A stretch of DNA of 64,000 bases. It comes from Lobosporangium transversale (Eukaryota). A model generated the notes under the pieces. That model was not told where the DNA came from and searched no databases. It saw only the letters and a program-made list of their open reading frames with translations. The stretch covers positions 1,550,001 to 1,614,000 of the forward strand of contig NW_019028981.1 of assembly GCF_002105155.1 (NCBI RefSeq), written 5' to 3'. This document shows positions 23,795 through 36,543 of this stretch, one piece after another. Both the position numbers and the translations under genes were made by a program. Numbering within the stretch: the first letter of the stretch is position 1; every line of letters starts with the position of its first letter.

Positions 23795-24387
23795 TTATGG
23801 GTTGCACTGGTATATTGTCACAAGTCATATGGCGAGGTCATCAGCCATGCACAGGTATATCAGGTAAAAAAAGAAATATATAAAGATACGCTCTGTCTAT
23901 TATCAGTATGAAATTCGACCAAGCCTTACATACATACGCTTACTGTACATTTCCTTTCTGCACATGCTGTTCAATAGCCAGACATGTAGCTATGGATTGG
24001 ACTCAAATGGGCAAATACCTTTAAAGAAAAGGTGACTAAGGTGCGTGGATGATTGCCAACGCAATAGGGGCTGGGATTAAAGCGACGGTGTTGGGTTTAG
24101 GTCTCAAACTAATGGATTCCACACGTGTTCGTAGAGGCAATGGCACCTTTGGTACACATATACCAACATGGGATGGATCTTGATGCTGCAAAGTCATCAA
24201 ATGTGCTTAATGGTAGCGCTTGGTACGCTCTCTTCTGGGCATAGAATATGGAACGAAGGCCCAAGAGTTTTCTATTTTATTTTATTTTATTTTATTTTAT
24301 TGTATTGTTTCCCTCTTGCCTAGCCAGTGTACATCCTTGCTGGTGTATAAAACTAAGAATTAAATATTGATAATCTGGATCACCGTT

Positions 24388-25239
24388 TTACTCTTCTTGC
24401 CGCCTCTTCATCTTGATGATATATTTCCCTGTGGCTAGGGATGGCGTAATGTAGTGTACATAGTCCTCACGTTGATTAGGGACTAGCTCGATATCGTAGG
24501 TAAGAATCAGTGCTGCCAGAATCAGCCGCAATTCCATCAATGCTAAGTTCTTGCCAACACAATTGCGGGAGCCTGCGGAGAAAGGATAATATGTAAAGTC
24601 TTGTACAGGTGGGAAGGGCGACTCACCAGGGATCCAGCGCTCTGGAATGTACTTATTCACCTGCGGAAAGTATTCATCAGACATATGAAGTTGGCGCAGT
24701 TGAACGAGTAGCGCTAAAAAAAAAAAAAAAAAAAAAAAAAAAGTGTTAGTATGAACTAAACACTAGCCATACATATTCCAACTATTCGACGTACTGGTGC
24801 CCTTCGGGAAAAAATAATTATTCATGACTGTATCCTCAGCGACTTCCCGTGCTAAACCTAGATCAATATCGAAATTGCCTATCAGTATCTGGCCTTTTTA
24901 GATTTATGCTTGTATGCTAATAAGTTTTAGTTCATACCTTGAGCGGGAGGAGTACGGAGTCGTAGGGTCTCGTAGATGCACCCAGTCAGGTACGGGAGGT
25001 TACGAATCTGGTCATAGGTTGGTAAAGAGCTACAAGGATTGCTAGCTGCTGCGAAGTCGAGTTCTGCTTTCAGCTTGCTCAGTTTGTCAGGGTTCTTGAC
25101 CAGAAACATGAGCGTAAAATTTAATACAATGGATATGGTTTCTGCCCCGGCGATTCTAAAAAATCAAAATGAATAGTTCAGCTTTCATCCCTCTTTCGTC
25201 TACTGGACGTTCAGAGAGCTACGCCTTGGAGTAATGCAC

Positions 25240-25282
<43 letters not shown>

Positions 25283-26667
25283 TACCGTTTAACTTACAGG
25301 AAAACACAAGCTTCAGTCTGGACAGCCTTGTCTGTCAGTTTCCCGGAAATCATATCCTCATACTCGTTGCCAGTTTCACCATTGCCATTCTCTCGCTCTC
25401 TAGCTTGTGCATCGGTCAGATACTGCAACAGATCGGTGCGCCGGTCCTTCTCACCATTGGCCTTACGCTGCTTGACTCGATCAGTAACAAACTCTACAAA
25501 AGAGAAATCTATTGGGACCACATATTTCATCCATGGGTTGAACGCTTGCTGACAACATCGCTTAAGTGTCTTAGCCATTTGGTGTGGAACCGGGTGAGCA
25601 TCATTCTTAACCATCTCAAAGGACTGGCCAAATGCGGTCTTTCCGGTAATGTCAAACGAAAGTCGTATCATAAAAGAATAAATATTGATTTGACCGGGTG
25701 GAAGCACCTTAACCTTTTCACTCTTGACAGCCTCCGGATTATCGAGGATTTCATCGATTTTACGTAGAAGAACATTAATACATTCATGTATAATGGGTTC
25801 GAGAGACCGAAGGTGCTGCAGACCAAAAGCTGGGGCGACTAGTCGGCGCTGTGATTAAAGAGATTTAGGCATTCGAGTATTGATAAGGATTGCTATTACT
25901 ATATTAAACAGGGTAATTCATGAGAGTAAAGAGAGAGCAGGGTAATAGACGTACTCGGTTATTATAAAAAGCCTTGTTGCGGGTTGAGAATAGGTTTTCT
26001 TGGCCATTGAGTTCAAAGCCTTGATAAATGGCACTCTTGGGGCAGTCAATTGTTATTAGAATCTATGAGAAGAAGAAGAAGAAGAAGAAAAACATTCAAC
26101 AATGAGAACACGTTCATGCTACCATTCACTGAGGATGAAGGGCTTCAGCTTCGAACCATTTACTGATAAACTATCACACATAGGAGCTCCTTTCATTTAC
26201 CTCTCGTATCATGTCTTTATCGGCCACAGAAATAATCTCTGGCGCAACCCTGACACCCTGACCACCTTCCCATACATCTTATGAATCAAAGGGATGGAGT
26301 AATGACCCCTGCCAGATAGTGATGACAACCCTGTAAACAGGTATGTTGAAGCGAGCAGTTTGTTCCCCGGGATAGGAGATAAAGGATGGAAGAATGCATT
26401 CGATAGCAACTAGACCATTTTCAAAACAAGAATGGGAGAATGGGTATGGATCAATTCTATCTTCAAAAAAGAAAAAAAAAAAAAAAAGAATGGATTTAGA
26501 ATCCTTACATTCTTTATGATTCTCGCGATCCACAATGTAATGATAATCCATAGCAAGCCTCTTGGCTTTAGGAGAGATTCAATTGTTGTAGGATATGTGG
26601 CAAAGACTTTTATGAAGAGACTTGTTAATGCGGTGCTGGGGTGGTTTAGAGTGGAGGCGGTAGCCAT
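24388..26667 (-). pseudogene. Cytochrome P450, multi-exon, with an 8-bp duplication frameshift in exon 2
   Basis: AGAET (I helix), ETLRLR (ExxR), PERW, PFSAGSRNCVG heme motif; ACCCTGAC duplicated at 26247-26262 shifts the frame. Confidence 0.8.
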
Positions 26668-27150
26668 GTTTAATGTTGTTTATTAAATACGAAGTAGTAG
26701 ATTAAACTCACGAAAGAGAAAGAGGCTGTATTTTAGGTCCTTCAAGAACGACGTATTTATAGTCTACCCAGATCGGTGTCCTAAAGCATGAATGACATGT
26801 AAGAGGGTCATTCGGCTTAATGAAAATCTCATTGAGGAGGGCGTGAAGGCTAACAGTGGCCCTCAAGCCAAGGCCATGCATGGATAGCGACGCTGAATCT
26901 TATATCTGACATAATAAAAAAAAAGCTCAAATTTCAAAAATTTTGGGTGCCTTGAGCACTGGCAAAAATAAAATTTGATGCTACATATCATCCCTGCATA
27001 CTGTACGCACCAAAAAGGTCGCGTCTATAATGCACGATGCGAGAATACATATTCTGAATTATAAGGACCTGATCCCTTGCTTTACTGCCCTAATTCCTCA
27101 ACATGGGCCTTCACTTACTTTTATTTTCACTTTTCTCAATTTTCGACACT

Positions 27151-27813
27151 ATGGTCACCACACGTTCGTCTGGCACATGTTTGTCGTGTGCTCCATCTTC
27201 ACTTTCCGCATGTCCGTCCCCCAAACGTTATCGCTCTTTTTATGATGGCTCAAATCATTTGAAGCCTGTTTTCCAACCAGGGAGATTGGTGTCGGGTGTG
27301 CAGCGGGCCATTAAAGCACGACGGGCTCGGCTAGCTAGAGGGGTTGAAAAGAAGTTGCAAGCACAACGTGTGTAGGAATCCGAAATAGAGGAATATGACT
27401 GGGCCAATAGCCCTATTGACTCTGCCCTGCTTGCATTACCCGAACAGGAGATGGAAGAAGAGGAAGAGGGGAAAGAGGAGGAAGCGGAACTTAAAACTGC
27501 AACCGAGCTCGGATGTAGTGTTTGCTTGAACAAAGGCTGCTCTTCTCGACAAGAGTGCATATGTCCCACTCCAAGTCCAAGTCCTTGGCCGAGCGGAAAT
27601 TACTCCACCAAGCTGCTGCCGAGCAACCGGCCCGCATACCTCGACATAAACAGCCCCTCACTCCTTCAACTCTACCACCGGCCTACGAAGGATTACAATC
27701 TCTCTCAGAAAAAAGGAGTAAGCTTATGTACCATGCTAAAGCCACATCCAAAGCTGTACACACCAATTGCCCCGGTAGTTTGGCAGAGTGGCGATTGGAC
27801 ATCAAACCTTTGA
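27151..27813 (+). pseudogene. Intronless orphan ORF (about 220 codons) with one in-frame TAG
   Basis: MVTTRS.. ORF and the 27451-27813 ORF share a frame, separated only by TAG at 27373-27375; TATA-like motif near 27060 and AATAAA near 27856. Confidence 0.45.
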
Positions 27814-28160
27814 TGCCTGTAGTAGGGGCTGCAAGAGAGCCAAGCGTTGATCATGAATAAATACATCTTCTTACCCGCCAAAATCTTAAATGCTTAAGTT
27901 TTTTTTTTGTAATCTCACCAGATCATATTTAGTCGTCAAGAAGGAGGGCTTGCATTAGGGTAAAAAAACGACAATTCATCCAAAGAGCGTTTGCAGCAAA
28001 GATAAATAATGGAGAAAATTGCTGAGGGCTTGGGTGAAGGATTCATATATTATTCACTCTTATCCACTGTCACCATACAATATTTTCGTTCTCATTATTT
28101 TCATAGAGGATTTCTCTCAACATTAGGTACACATTACCTACATTGCAACGCCATAAAGTT

Positions 28161-28400
28161 ATGGCCCGTGTCTGTAGCCTGTGTAAAAGTGGCAATCATG
28201 ACAGGAGGTTCTGCCCTCAAAACAAAAGGAATAGGAAGGCTTTTTATTTTAATTTTGTGTCCTACATCAGATTTATTTTCCTCAAACTAATAAGGCACAA
28301 GGAATTTTTCTTGCACCATCCCTCCTTCCGCCCCACGTCTGTGCAGCACATGTTGTCGTACAAGCGATGGACGCAGCTCATTTCCAGCAATGAAGAGTGA
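28161..28400 (+). other. Short ORF starting with a CCHC zinc knuckle, probable TE or gene relic
   Basis: MARVCSLCKSGNHDRRFC fits CX2CX4HX4C. Confidence 0.4.
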
Positions 28401-29708
28401 GTGAATTCGGCGTTTTTTTTTTTTTTTTTTTTTTTTTTGGCGCTGTAGTGATTGGTGCTTGCTAAACTCAAGCCTTCACCTTCTATTACCTTAATAGAGC
28501 TGTAGGGGAAAGCAGCGATGGAAAAATGACAGTTCAACGATGATATTGCTGCTTAGGGTCAAAGAAAAGGAGCATGAAATAGAAAAAGCTTTAAGTCATG
28601 TGCTATTTTTTATTTCTCCTATGTAAATTTTGACAGTTATTGCCGCCAATCTTTCAGTCCCACGCTTCCCCTTCTGTCAAATACTTTCAAAAAAACCAAA
28701 AACATTTTTTTTTTTTTCGAGTTTCTTCAACAGTCTGTTAAAAAAAGTGACGGCTCCAAACACTTGCTCCTACTGAAGCCCTCAGCGCTCTCACTCTGCT
28801 CCTATTCCCATTATTCTTGTTCTGTATTTTTCTTTCTCCTGTTTACCCTCTTCTTATCACCATACTACCATCAGGCTATCAGGCTGCAAACCATATGGCT
28901 TCGCCTTAACTAACCGGAGCGTAATAGTCCGAGCTAGCTCGGCCTAATGGCGTCTCGCTTGTAGCGTAGGATGTGGCCAGGAAAGCCAGATAGAAAACAA
29001 TAGCCAAATAAAAATCAATAAAAATAGCATTGTAAGGGGACCCCAGTACATCTTCGAGTAGCGGGGTCTGGAATGATAATCTTCAAAAGACAAGAAGTGT
29101 TCACTTTTTTGAACGTGGACCATGAGATAGCGCGTCAAGAGACGCGACTGTCCTTGTGCTACAAACAGTCAGGCTCTTCTGTGATGTGACTTGTCTCACT
29201 TCATTCCAGGCACATTCATTTCTGTTTACTGGACATCATACGCAAAGCCACTTGTTGCCAAATTGTCAAATTGTTCGAACTTGAAGTCTATACTCGAACA
29301 CACTAAACAAAACAGTTGGTTCTTTATCTCCTTTCTCTTCACTCTACTTTTGTACCCACGAAACTCTCCATTCATTTCCATCATTTGTTCAGCTCATTTC
29401 ATCTTATTTCATTCCATTTCATTAATTCTTTAGGTCTATTTTTAATTTATTTTTCATTTTCATTTTTCTATTAAAGCACAGTAGAAAGCGACACACCATG
29501 CGTCTCCCAGCATAAACAACTTTGTTTAATCATTTCCATTCTCCAGCTTTCTTTCACTCTTCACCTTGCCCTAGACAGCACTGCGGCCTGTCATTCTGAG
29601 GCAGTTATTGCTTAAAGGTGTGCATCCATTCCTTCTCAATTACCTGTATACTGGAAAAGTCCATGTTTTAAAAAACTGATCAATTGTTTCGTACTCAGTC
29701 TTGTTGCT

Positions 29709-32700
29709 ATGCTTAGGAGGAAAGGCGACGTCTACCAGGCGGTCCTGAATATAGCCAACTATCATGGCTGTGCGCCAAAAGCACAGTCTCACCATTTTCC
29801 TTCTCCTGCTATGGCTTTACAGCCATCATCTTCAAAAGTCTTTTCTACACGTCGAGCTAGTTTATCCGTTTCAGGAACAAAAGCAAAACAAGAAGAAGAG
29901 GCAAGATCATTCTCAATATCTGCGACAAGGCGTTTTCAGCACTCAACATCGCTGTCACAGGCTGATTATTGTCACCACTACAGGCATTATTCACGAGTAT
30001 GTCCATTGACACGCAATGGCTCCAGCAGCAGTTCACGAATAACGCGACATTCCAAAGCATGGCTAGCGAAGCATGCAGCATCTTCTACCTATGACCCGCA
30101 GCTGGCAGCATACATGGATCACTGGGTGAGAACTATGTTCATGGGGCAACGAAGAGCGCATTATAGTCTCGCGAAACCTATACCAGCACTAGCATCCGAC
30201 TACAGCACAATGGATATTCCAAATAGATCAGTCTCCAGTCATGGGTCCGTTGAAGAAATTTGCATCTCTCAGCATCAGTGTGGACTGGATCTAAGCCAGT
30301 CACAGTCTGATTTAAATGTTACAGAGGATTCAGTAAAGCGTAGTACAGAACGGAGGTCGATATCCATATCACCATCAATGCCATTTACACAAATGTTAGC
30401 CGATTTTCGACAATCCATAGACGCCATAGATTTCGAGAAGTATGCTTTGCCACGGCCATTTCACCCAATAGGCTCCGTTTCTGGAACAGTTCCAAAGAGA
30501 ATGCTAACTCAGGCTCAACGAAAATCCATCGATGATATTTGGCTGAAATACAGATGTTTAACCAATAGACAAGTACAGATATCATCAATGTCATCAAATT
30601 CGCTTCCGACACCCTCGCTATCAGAAGCAACTAGCATAGGGCCCCAGACACACATAATGGAGGCTACTAAGGATATCAAGCTTATGAAAAAAGATTACAC
30701 CAAACTCCTACATGTCCTCCGATACTCTAGTGTTTGGAAACTGGCAGCCGAACGGATATTGACGGTTCAAAACGACATGCGCTCACAAGGACTACCGCTG
30801 ACGCGGAAAATGTACCAGGTTGTTGCACAGGCGCACATCATCCTCAACGACAGTACTTTACCTGAAACCATATTACAAATACACGAGGATGTGGTAGCGA
30901 TGGCTGGAAGTGGGACGAAAGATCACAAGAAGCTGGTTGGGACAATAGTGGATGCTTTCGCAGCAAATCAGCTGAGTAGTCAGGGGATTGCATTTTTGGA
31001 TCGAATTTTATTACCATTTCAGGGAGGTCAATGGCGTTTGGGGCATGAGCTTAGGGCAATGCTGGAAAAGAAACACAAGCTATTCATTCACGGTCTCTAT
31101 AGAAGGCTCATTTTGAATCAGTCCCAATCTAAGACTTCATCTCCACCTTCAGTCTCCTCTCAAGACATATTTCTAATCAGAAATTTTGCAGAGAGGCACT
31201 ATTTACCGCAGCGGGAACATGTACTTCGTACACTACAGCTTCTCAACTTGGATGAATCCTTTCAGGGAGGTGAGACCATGAAGTTGTTTTCAAGAACTGT
31301 AGCAGGAATGTTGGTCAAGACTGGTGATTCGCAAACTGTGATTCCACTAGTTCAAAATTTGGTGCGGTTAGATCAGTTTCAGGAGGCAACCCGTGTTATG
31401 GACATGATGATCCAGAATGGCATGGATCCTGAGATGGATCAGATCCGGTTATATCTCTTGCATCACTTCGATGCATGTAGAGACGGAGGCGATCTTATGA
31501 ACATCATTGATCGATGGGATGAGGCTGTAGCACAACGAGAACAAAAGCAAAAAAACTGGTCTAGTGTACCAAGTGATAAGTCACAACCGAGCCTGCTCTC
31601 ATCGATTTATTTGGATCAGGAACAGAGCGGTGATGATCGTGCTGTCGAGTATTTCAGACTTGTTGATCAATGCATTCGTAGCCATGATATACAGGGAGCA
31701 TTGAGTGCTGCAAAATATATAGCCCAACAAGGCTGGGCTGCACAAGGACTCGACTTTCAGAAACTCAACAGCGTCATGGTTAATCACTCTTATTCATCAT
31801 ATGCCTCATCTTACTTTTCTTCATTCTCTGCGTCCGACTATCTAATCTACCTTCAAGTCCGATATACCCTGGGTGGCTCTGTCGCGCCCGATCTTCACAC
31901 CTACCGTCGCCTTGTCTTTGCAGCCTGCCGCCGATCCGATTTGTACACTGCACTAACGCTTTTTGAACTTGTCCGAACCCGCCATCCAACGTGGAAGCTC
32001 GATTCTACCATCTACAACGCCATTATCTCGACTGCAGCTGCGATAGGGGAAATCCGAATTGCTGAAAAGACTTTTAAATGCCTTCTAAAAGATGAAGTCC
32101 AACCAGACCATTACTCTTTTCACGGATTGCTCAATGGATATGGGAATTCAGGGAATTTAAAGGCAGCGATAACGGTACCAAAGATGATGTTGAAACACAA
32201 ATTACAACCGACCACTAGAACTTTCAATTTGGTGATGAAGGCTTATTTATCTGAAGGACGTGGAAAAGGCGATCTCGCAACGAGTCGCAAGTTGCTTCGG
32301 GCTATGCAGCTGTCTGTCACCGACAAAGGTAAAAAAGGAGAAATCGCACCAGATCTAGCATCTTTTAACCAGATTTTGGAGGGTTACCGACGTGTTGGGA
32401 ACACTCTCTGGTTCGATGCATATTTTGACCAATACTTTGGTAGTAATGAGCATTCAAGGCAAGATGATCTTTCTCCGACTGTTGTCAAACCTGAGGAGGC
32501 AGATGACAGAACCTTATTCATCCAACTCAAACATTCGTTGAAGCTTGCTGATGTGGACCTCACGACCGTACGTGAGCTTTGGCAAGCTATCGAGCATAAA
32601 CTCAAGCCTTCTCAAGCCTCCTCTCCGCCATCCTCAAATGATCATGCTGATTTTACTGGTTCTATTGATCCCATTTCTTCAGATGTGGGTCGTCCAACTG

Positions 32701-33119
32701 AAAACCTCTCTTCAACTCTGCTGTCTTTACCTGCCTTGTCCCCAGTATCCGAGCCAGACTTAATTGATTTAATGGGCATCCAAGACGAAGACGGTGACAC
32801 CTTGCCCTCAACCCATATCCCCTTTCCACGTTGGCTTGATCCTGTATGGATGCCAATGACCGACTATGATTATTTTCGATTTACAACACTCAGGCTATTT
32901 CGATCAACATTTCAGGCGCATGGGGATGTTGCTGGTGTAAAGACAGTGGAGAGTATTCTAGCAGATTTGTTCCCAGCACATCCAATTTCGCAAGCAGTGC
33001 TGAAGCGCAGGATGGTCAAGAGGATAAGACATGCAGCTAAGCTCAAGGAGAGGGAGTCAAGTGACTCTATGGGTTATCTCAAATCAAAGACCATAAGCAT
33101 TAAAAATCGGGGAAAGTGA
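29709..33119 (+). CDS. Pentatricopeptide-repeat (PPR) protein, probably mitochondrial, 1136 aa
   Basis: Tandem 35-aa repeats: PDLHTYRRLVFAAC, DSTIYNAIISTAA, PDHYSFHGLLNGY, PTTRTFNLVMKAY, PDLASFNQILEGY. Confidence 0.9.
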   Translation: MLRRKGDVYQAVLNIANYHGCAPKAQSHHFPSPAMALQPSSSKVFSTRRASLSVSGTKAKQEEEARSFSISATRRFQHSTSLSQADYCHHYRHYSRVCPLTRNGSSSSSRITRHSKAWLAKHAASSTYDPQLAAYMDHWVRTMFMGQRRAHYSLAKPIPALASDYSTMDIPNRSVSSHGSVEEICISQHQCGLDLSQSQSDLNVTEDSVKRSTERRSISISPSMPFTQMLADFRQSIDAIDFEKYALPRPFHPIGSVSGTVPKRMLTQAQRKSIDDIWLKYRCLTNRQVQISSMSSNSLPTPSLSEATSIGPQTHIMEATKDIKLMKKDYTKLLHVLRYSSVWKLAAERILTVQNDMRSQGLPLTRKMYQVVAQAHIILNDSTLPETILQIHEDVVAMAGSGTKDHKKLVGTIVDAFAANQLSSQGIAFLDRILLPFQGGQWRLGHELRAMLEKKHKLFIHGLYRRLILNQSQSKTSSPPSVSSQDIFLIRNFAERHYLPQREHVLRTLQLLNLDESFQGGETMKLFSRTVAGMLVKTGDSQTVIPLVQNLVRLDQFQEATRVMDMMIQNGMDPEMDQIRLYLLHHFDACRDGGDLMNIIDRWDEAVAQREQKQKNWSSVPSDKSQPSLLSSIYLDQEQSGDDRAVEYFRLVDQCIRSHDIQGALSAAKYIAQQGWAAQGLDFQKLNSVMVNHSYSSYASSYFSSFSASDYLIYLQVRYTLGGSVAPDLHTYRRLVFAACRRSDLYTALTLFELVRTRHPTWKLDSTIYNAIISTAAAIGEIRIAEKTFKCLLKDEVQPDHYSFHGLLNGYGNSGNLKAAITVPKMMLKHKLQPTTRTFNLVMKAYLSEGRGKGDLATSRKLLRAMQLSVTDKGKKGEIAPDLASFNQILEGYRRVGNTLWFDAYFDQYFGSNEHSRQDDLSPTVVKPEEADDRTLFIQLKHSLKLADVDLTTVRELWQAIEHKLKPSQASSPPSSNDHADFTGSIDPISSDVGRPTENLSSTLLSLPALSPVSEPDLIDLMGIQDEDGDTLPSTHIPFPRWLDPVWMPMTDYDYFRFTTLRLFRSTFQAHGDVAGVKTVESILADLFPAHPISQAVLKRRMVKRIRHAAKLKERESSDSMGYLKSKTISIKNRGK

Positions 33120-33347
33120 TTCACAGGTATCATTCCTCTCTGTGATCAGAAACGTTCAGAAAAAAAAAACATTTATTTCTCTTCCATCTTTTCTACAAGT
33201 CGTTCCATGACGATGACTTTGCGCAGTAATTGGAAGATTGTACGAAATATTGGATTTGAGTTTTTGAGTTTTTTTAATATTTATTATATTTTTTATTTTT
33301 AAACTTGTTTCCTTTTATGTTAATATCCATGCTTTTGGTGCTTTGTT

Positions 33348-33791
33348 CTATACTGATGAAGAAGACGAGGATGGTGTTGAAGCTGGTGTTGATGCTGCAG
33401 CTTTAGCAGCAGCAGCATCCTTTTGCTGAGCGATAACATGAGCAGGGAGCTGGATATCCGAGAAATCATCCTGTTTTACAGCCATGATGGAGTAGGCATC
33501 TGATCGTTCATATTGATGTAAAGGAGATGAAGAATATGATTGTTATTAAAAATGTTTTTTTCTTAAATATATACATATCCAGTTCTTGAAGAGAAATAAT
33601 AATAATTAGAGCAACAATATAACAACAACAATAGGGGAAAAGGACAGAAACATACAGACAGAAACACAAAAGACCACAATGCCAGCACCAGTTAGAGCAT
33701 TTCTAACACGGAAAGGAGCGGTTGCTCGCTCAAGAGCAGGCGAGCGTTTGAATCCTTTCTCGTAGTATGAAGTAGGCTTGGGGAAGATCAT
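33348..33791 (-). CDS. COA3: Cytochrome c oxidase assembly factor 3, 2 exons
   Basis: SPALERATAPFRVRNALTGAGIVVFCVSVYAYSIMAVKQDDFSD; intron 33500-33655. Confidence 0.85.
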
Positions 33792-34874
33792 GGTTGTAAA
33801 ACAATGCAAAAAAAAAATAAAAAGAATGAATTACATGAATGGAAAATGCGCGACCTTGATCCGCTTCTTGCTTCTCCGAATGTGGCTTTTTACGCTGTTT
33901 GGTGGCGCACTTGGTCGTAAAACTTCCAACCACAAAGCATGTTCATGTTCTCCTAAGCATGCTTATGTTCTGACCATTCAACCCCTTTGCATCCGAGCAT
34001 TCAAATACAACTTATACTGTTGTTTAAAAAAATATCACATGCCATCCCAATCGGGAATTCAGCACTTCTAGCAAGCACCCAAGTCTAACGAGTTGTCTCA
34101 GAACAAAACTTGGAACCCCAATACTTCTACCACAACCTAGGCAGCCCTTACCTCCAGCAAAATTCATGGATAAACAGTTTCCCACATCGATGTCGACCAA
34201 ACTAAAGTCCATATGCACCGTCAAAGGAGACCTTCTCAATGGATATTCTTTCCAACCAAACAGTTGGCAATCTCAAGCAAAATATCAAGGCCAAAGTGCC
34301 AGATCTTGATCATATTGCTGCAAACAGACTTACCCTCTGGGAGTTCCTATCCCTGTTGAAGACAACGCCCACGCTAAAGAAATAGACAATGGCTTCGTTA
34401 GATCAGGAGTCGAGCCAAAGTATGAAATGAAGCCACTCGAATCACTATCTATGAGAATCTCGTCGGATAATAGAGCGTTTAGCCCTGCAGAATTGCCAGA
34501 GATGACCATTCGTGCTGTTGTCGAAATGTCACAGCAAGATGTGTCTATGGCTTCGGTTATAGGTTTCGGAACTGTCTACTAAATATTTCATTTTTTAAAA
34601 GCAGCTTCAAGAAGGAACTATGAACCAAATATTGAGTTCACCACCTTGTTGCACGTCCAGATTCATAGAGTCTCATGTCTCTCTCAGGATCCATAATACT
34701 CCTGCTCGCTGGAATCTCCCTTGCTTATATTTTTTCATCTCTAGTAACGAGTGTTTTCAAAAAGGCCGAAGTAGGAAAGTCAAGCAGGACACTAGCAGCA
34801 ATTGGTACTGCAGGACTGAAAAAGACTTGAAATATGGCCAGTCGAACCTCACCCCAGCATCATCTCTTTGTAAC

Positions 34875-35180
34875 ATGAATAGCACTAAAAGAAGTCCCTT
34901 AAATGTTCCAGAAATTCTCACGCTCATTGGCGACTTGTTCGATAAAAATGGCACTTAGGCTGTATCCGCGTCTCCAAGACTTCATAGTGCACTTATCAGG
35001 CCTATCTGGAGAAGAATTAATGTCGGCAGATCTGAATATCCAACTGCTGAAGCACTACAGAACAAGAAGAGATATATTGGGGAGACTAGATTCCAAAATG
35101 ACAACATTCCAGAGGAGTATTGGATGGCTTTTCTGTACCTGCCTTCGTGAATTCTTTATTCAAAGCACACCATATTTCGA
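34875..35180 (+). pseudogene. F-box-like N-terminal relic
   Basis: SPLNVPEILTLIGDLF followed by frameshifted CIRVSK and IWRR segments. Confidence 0.5.
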
Positions 35181-35928
35181 ATGACTGGAAGAAACCCATT
35201 GTCGCTCGATGAACTGATATAAATGATGTAAGTCTTTGAACATGCGCTTTCCAAAAGCATATCTACATTGCTAGTGACAATGCCAAGATCGTAATAAAGA
35301 TTGATCATTTAAACGATGAATTTCCAACTATTTATTTTATCAAGAACGCATTGGCTTTTCGAATGAGATGCTCCTGCTTTAAAAGATGAGTGTGGCTACA
35401 TTGACTAGAATGAACTCTTTGCTTAGCTTGCCGCTCAAGGATAGGAGAGGACATTCGGCTGTTGGCTGTTTATTCGGTATTCATATCCTCTCCGTTACCC
35501 TTGGTTCTTGGTGCGAATGTTTTAGGTCGGTAGAGTCCTCCCAACATGCATCCAAACTAACTCTGCCTGTAACTTTATAATTGCAAACAAGTCCAGGCCA
35601 TGTTATCGATTATGAACGACGTCGTCAGGGATCCTCAACAGTAATCAGGAAGGACTTTGAGAGTTCCCTGTTAGTGATTGGATGGAGCATCACTTCCTTG
35701 AACCAGCTGTGTGGCATTTATTTTGGTCTGGTTTCATATCGTGTTCATCAGCAAAAGAAAGACGACTTGAGAAATCGTTCTCATGAGTATGCGACCATAA
35801 ATTTTTACAGGGGGACCTTTTGTAGAGGCTGTTCTTACATTGTTTCACAAGTTCAAATTAAATATACAGTTTTGTCCAAGACATCCAGAATCACTGTTAC
35901 GAATCTGCAGAAAAGATTGACTCTAGAA

Positions 35929-36495
35929 ATGACGATTGGCAATTCAATACCCATCGATGTGTCTCTACTTGAGGACATGGAACAGTCTGCACTACAGCTC
36001 TCCTCACAGCTTGAAGCACTTCTCTCAGGCATTCAGGCGAACCTCCAACGGGTATATAAAAAATAAAAAATAAAAAAAAGCAATATTCTAAGCGTTACTT
36101 AGTAGTACGTGTATTTAACCAGCCCATGGGACTCCAAGTCCTAACTGCCTAACTGTTTTTATTAAAAGGCTGCGGCTGCAACATTAGGATCTGTCAAAGT
36201 GTATGAATCGACACTAGTGGACGGTGTCTGTGAACAGGTCAAAGCCTGCGTAGAACAGACAACAGATCTCATTAGTCGATGTGACGAAATGGATAAGGAC
36301 ATGGCTTCTGTAGTAGCAGTTGCTGCACAAGTGTAAGTCTTTCTTTTCTTTTCTTTTTTTTTCCTTCCAAGCAATGTGGCATATCTTGTTTTTTACAAAC
36401 AAAGTTGTTCTGAATTTAACATGTTCTTTTGCATTTTTAGTCGAGCGATTAAACAAGCGGTCGATATCCTTGGATCATCTCTTAATAAAAAATAA
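35929..36495 (+). CDS. BORCS6: BLOC-1-related complex subunit 6-like helical protein, 3 exons; start uncertain
   Basis: PIDVSLLEDMEQSA..LISRCDEMDKDMASVVAVAAQVRAIKQAVDIL resembles the BORCS6 C-terminal helix; GT-AG introns keep the frame. Confidence 0.65.
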
Positions 36496-36528
<33 letters not shown>

Positions 36529-36543
36529 GAGTAACGACTTTCT

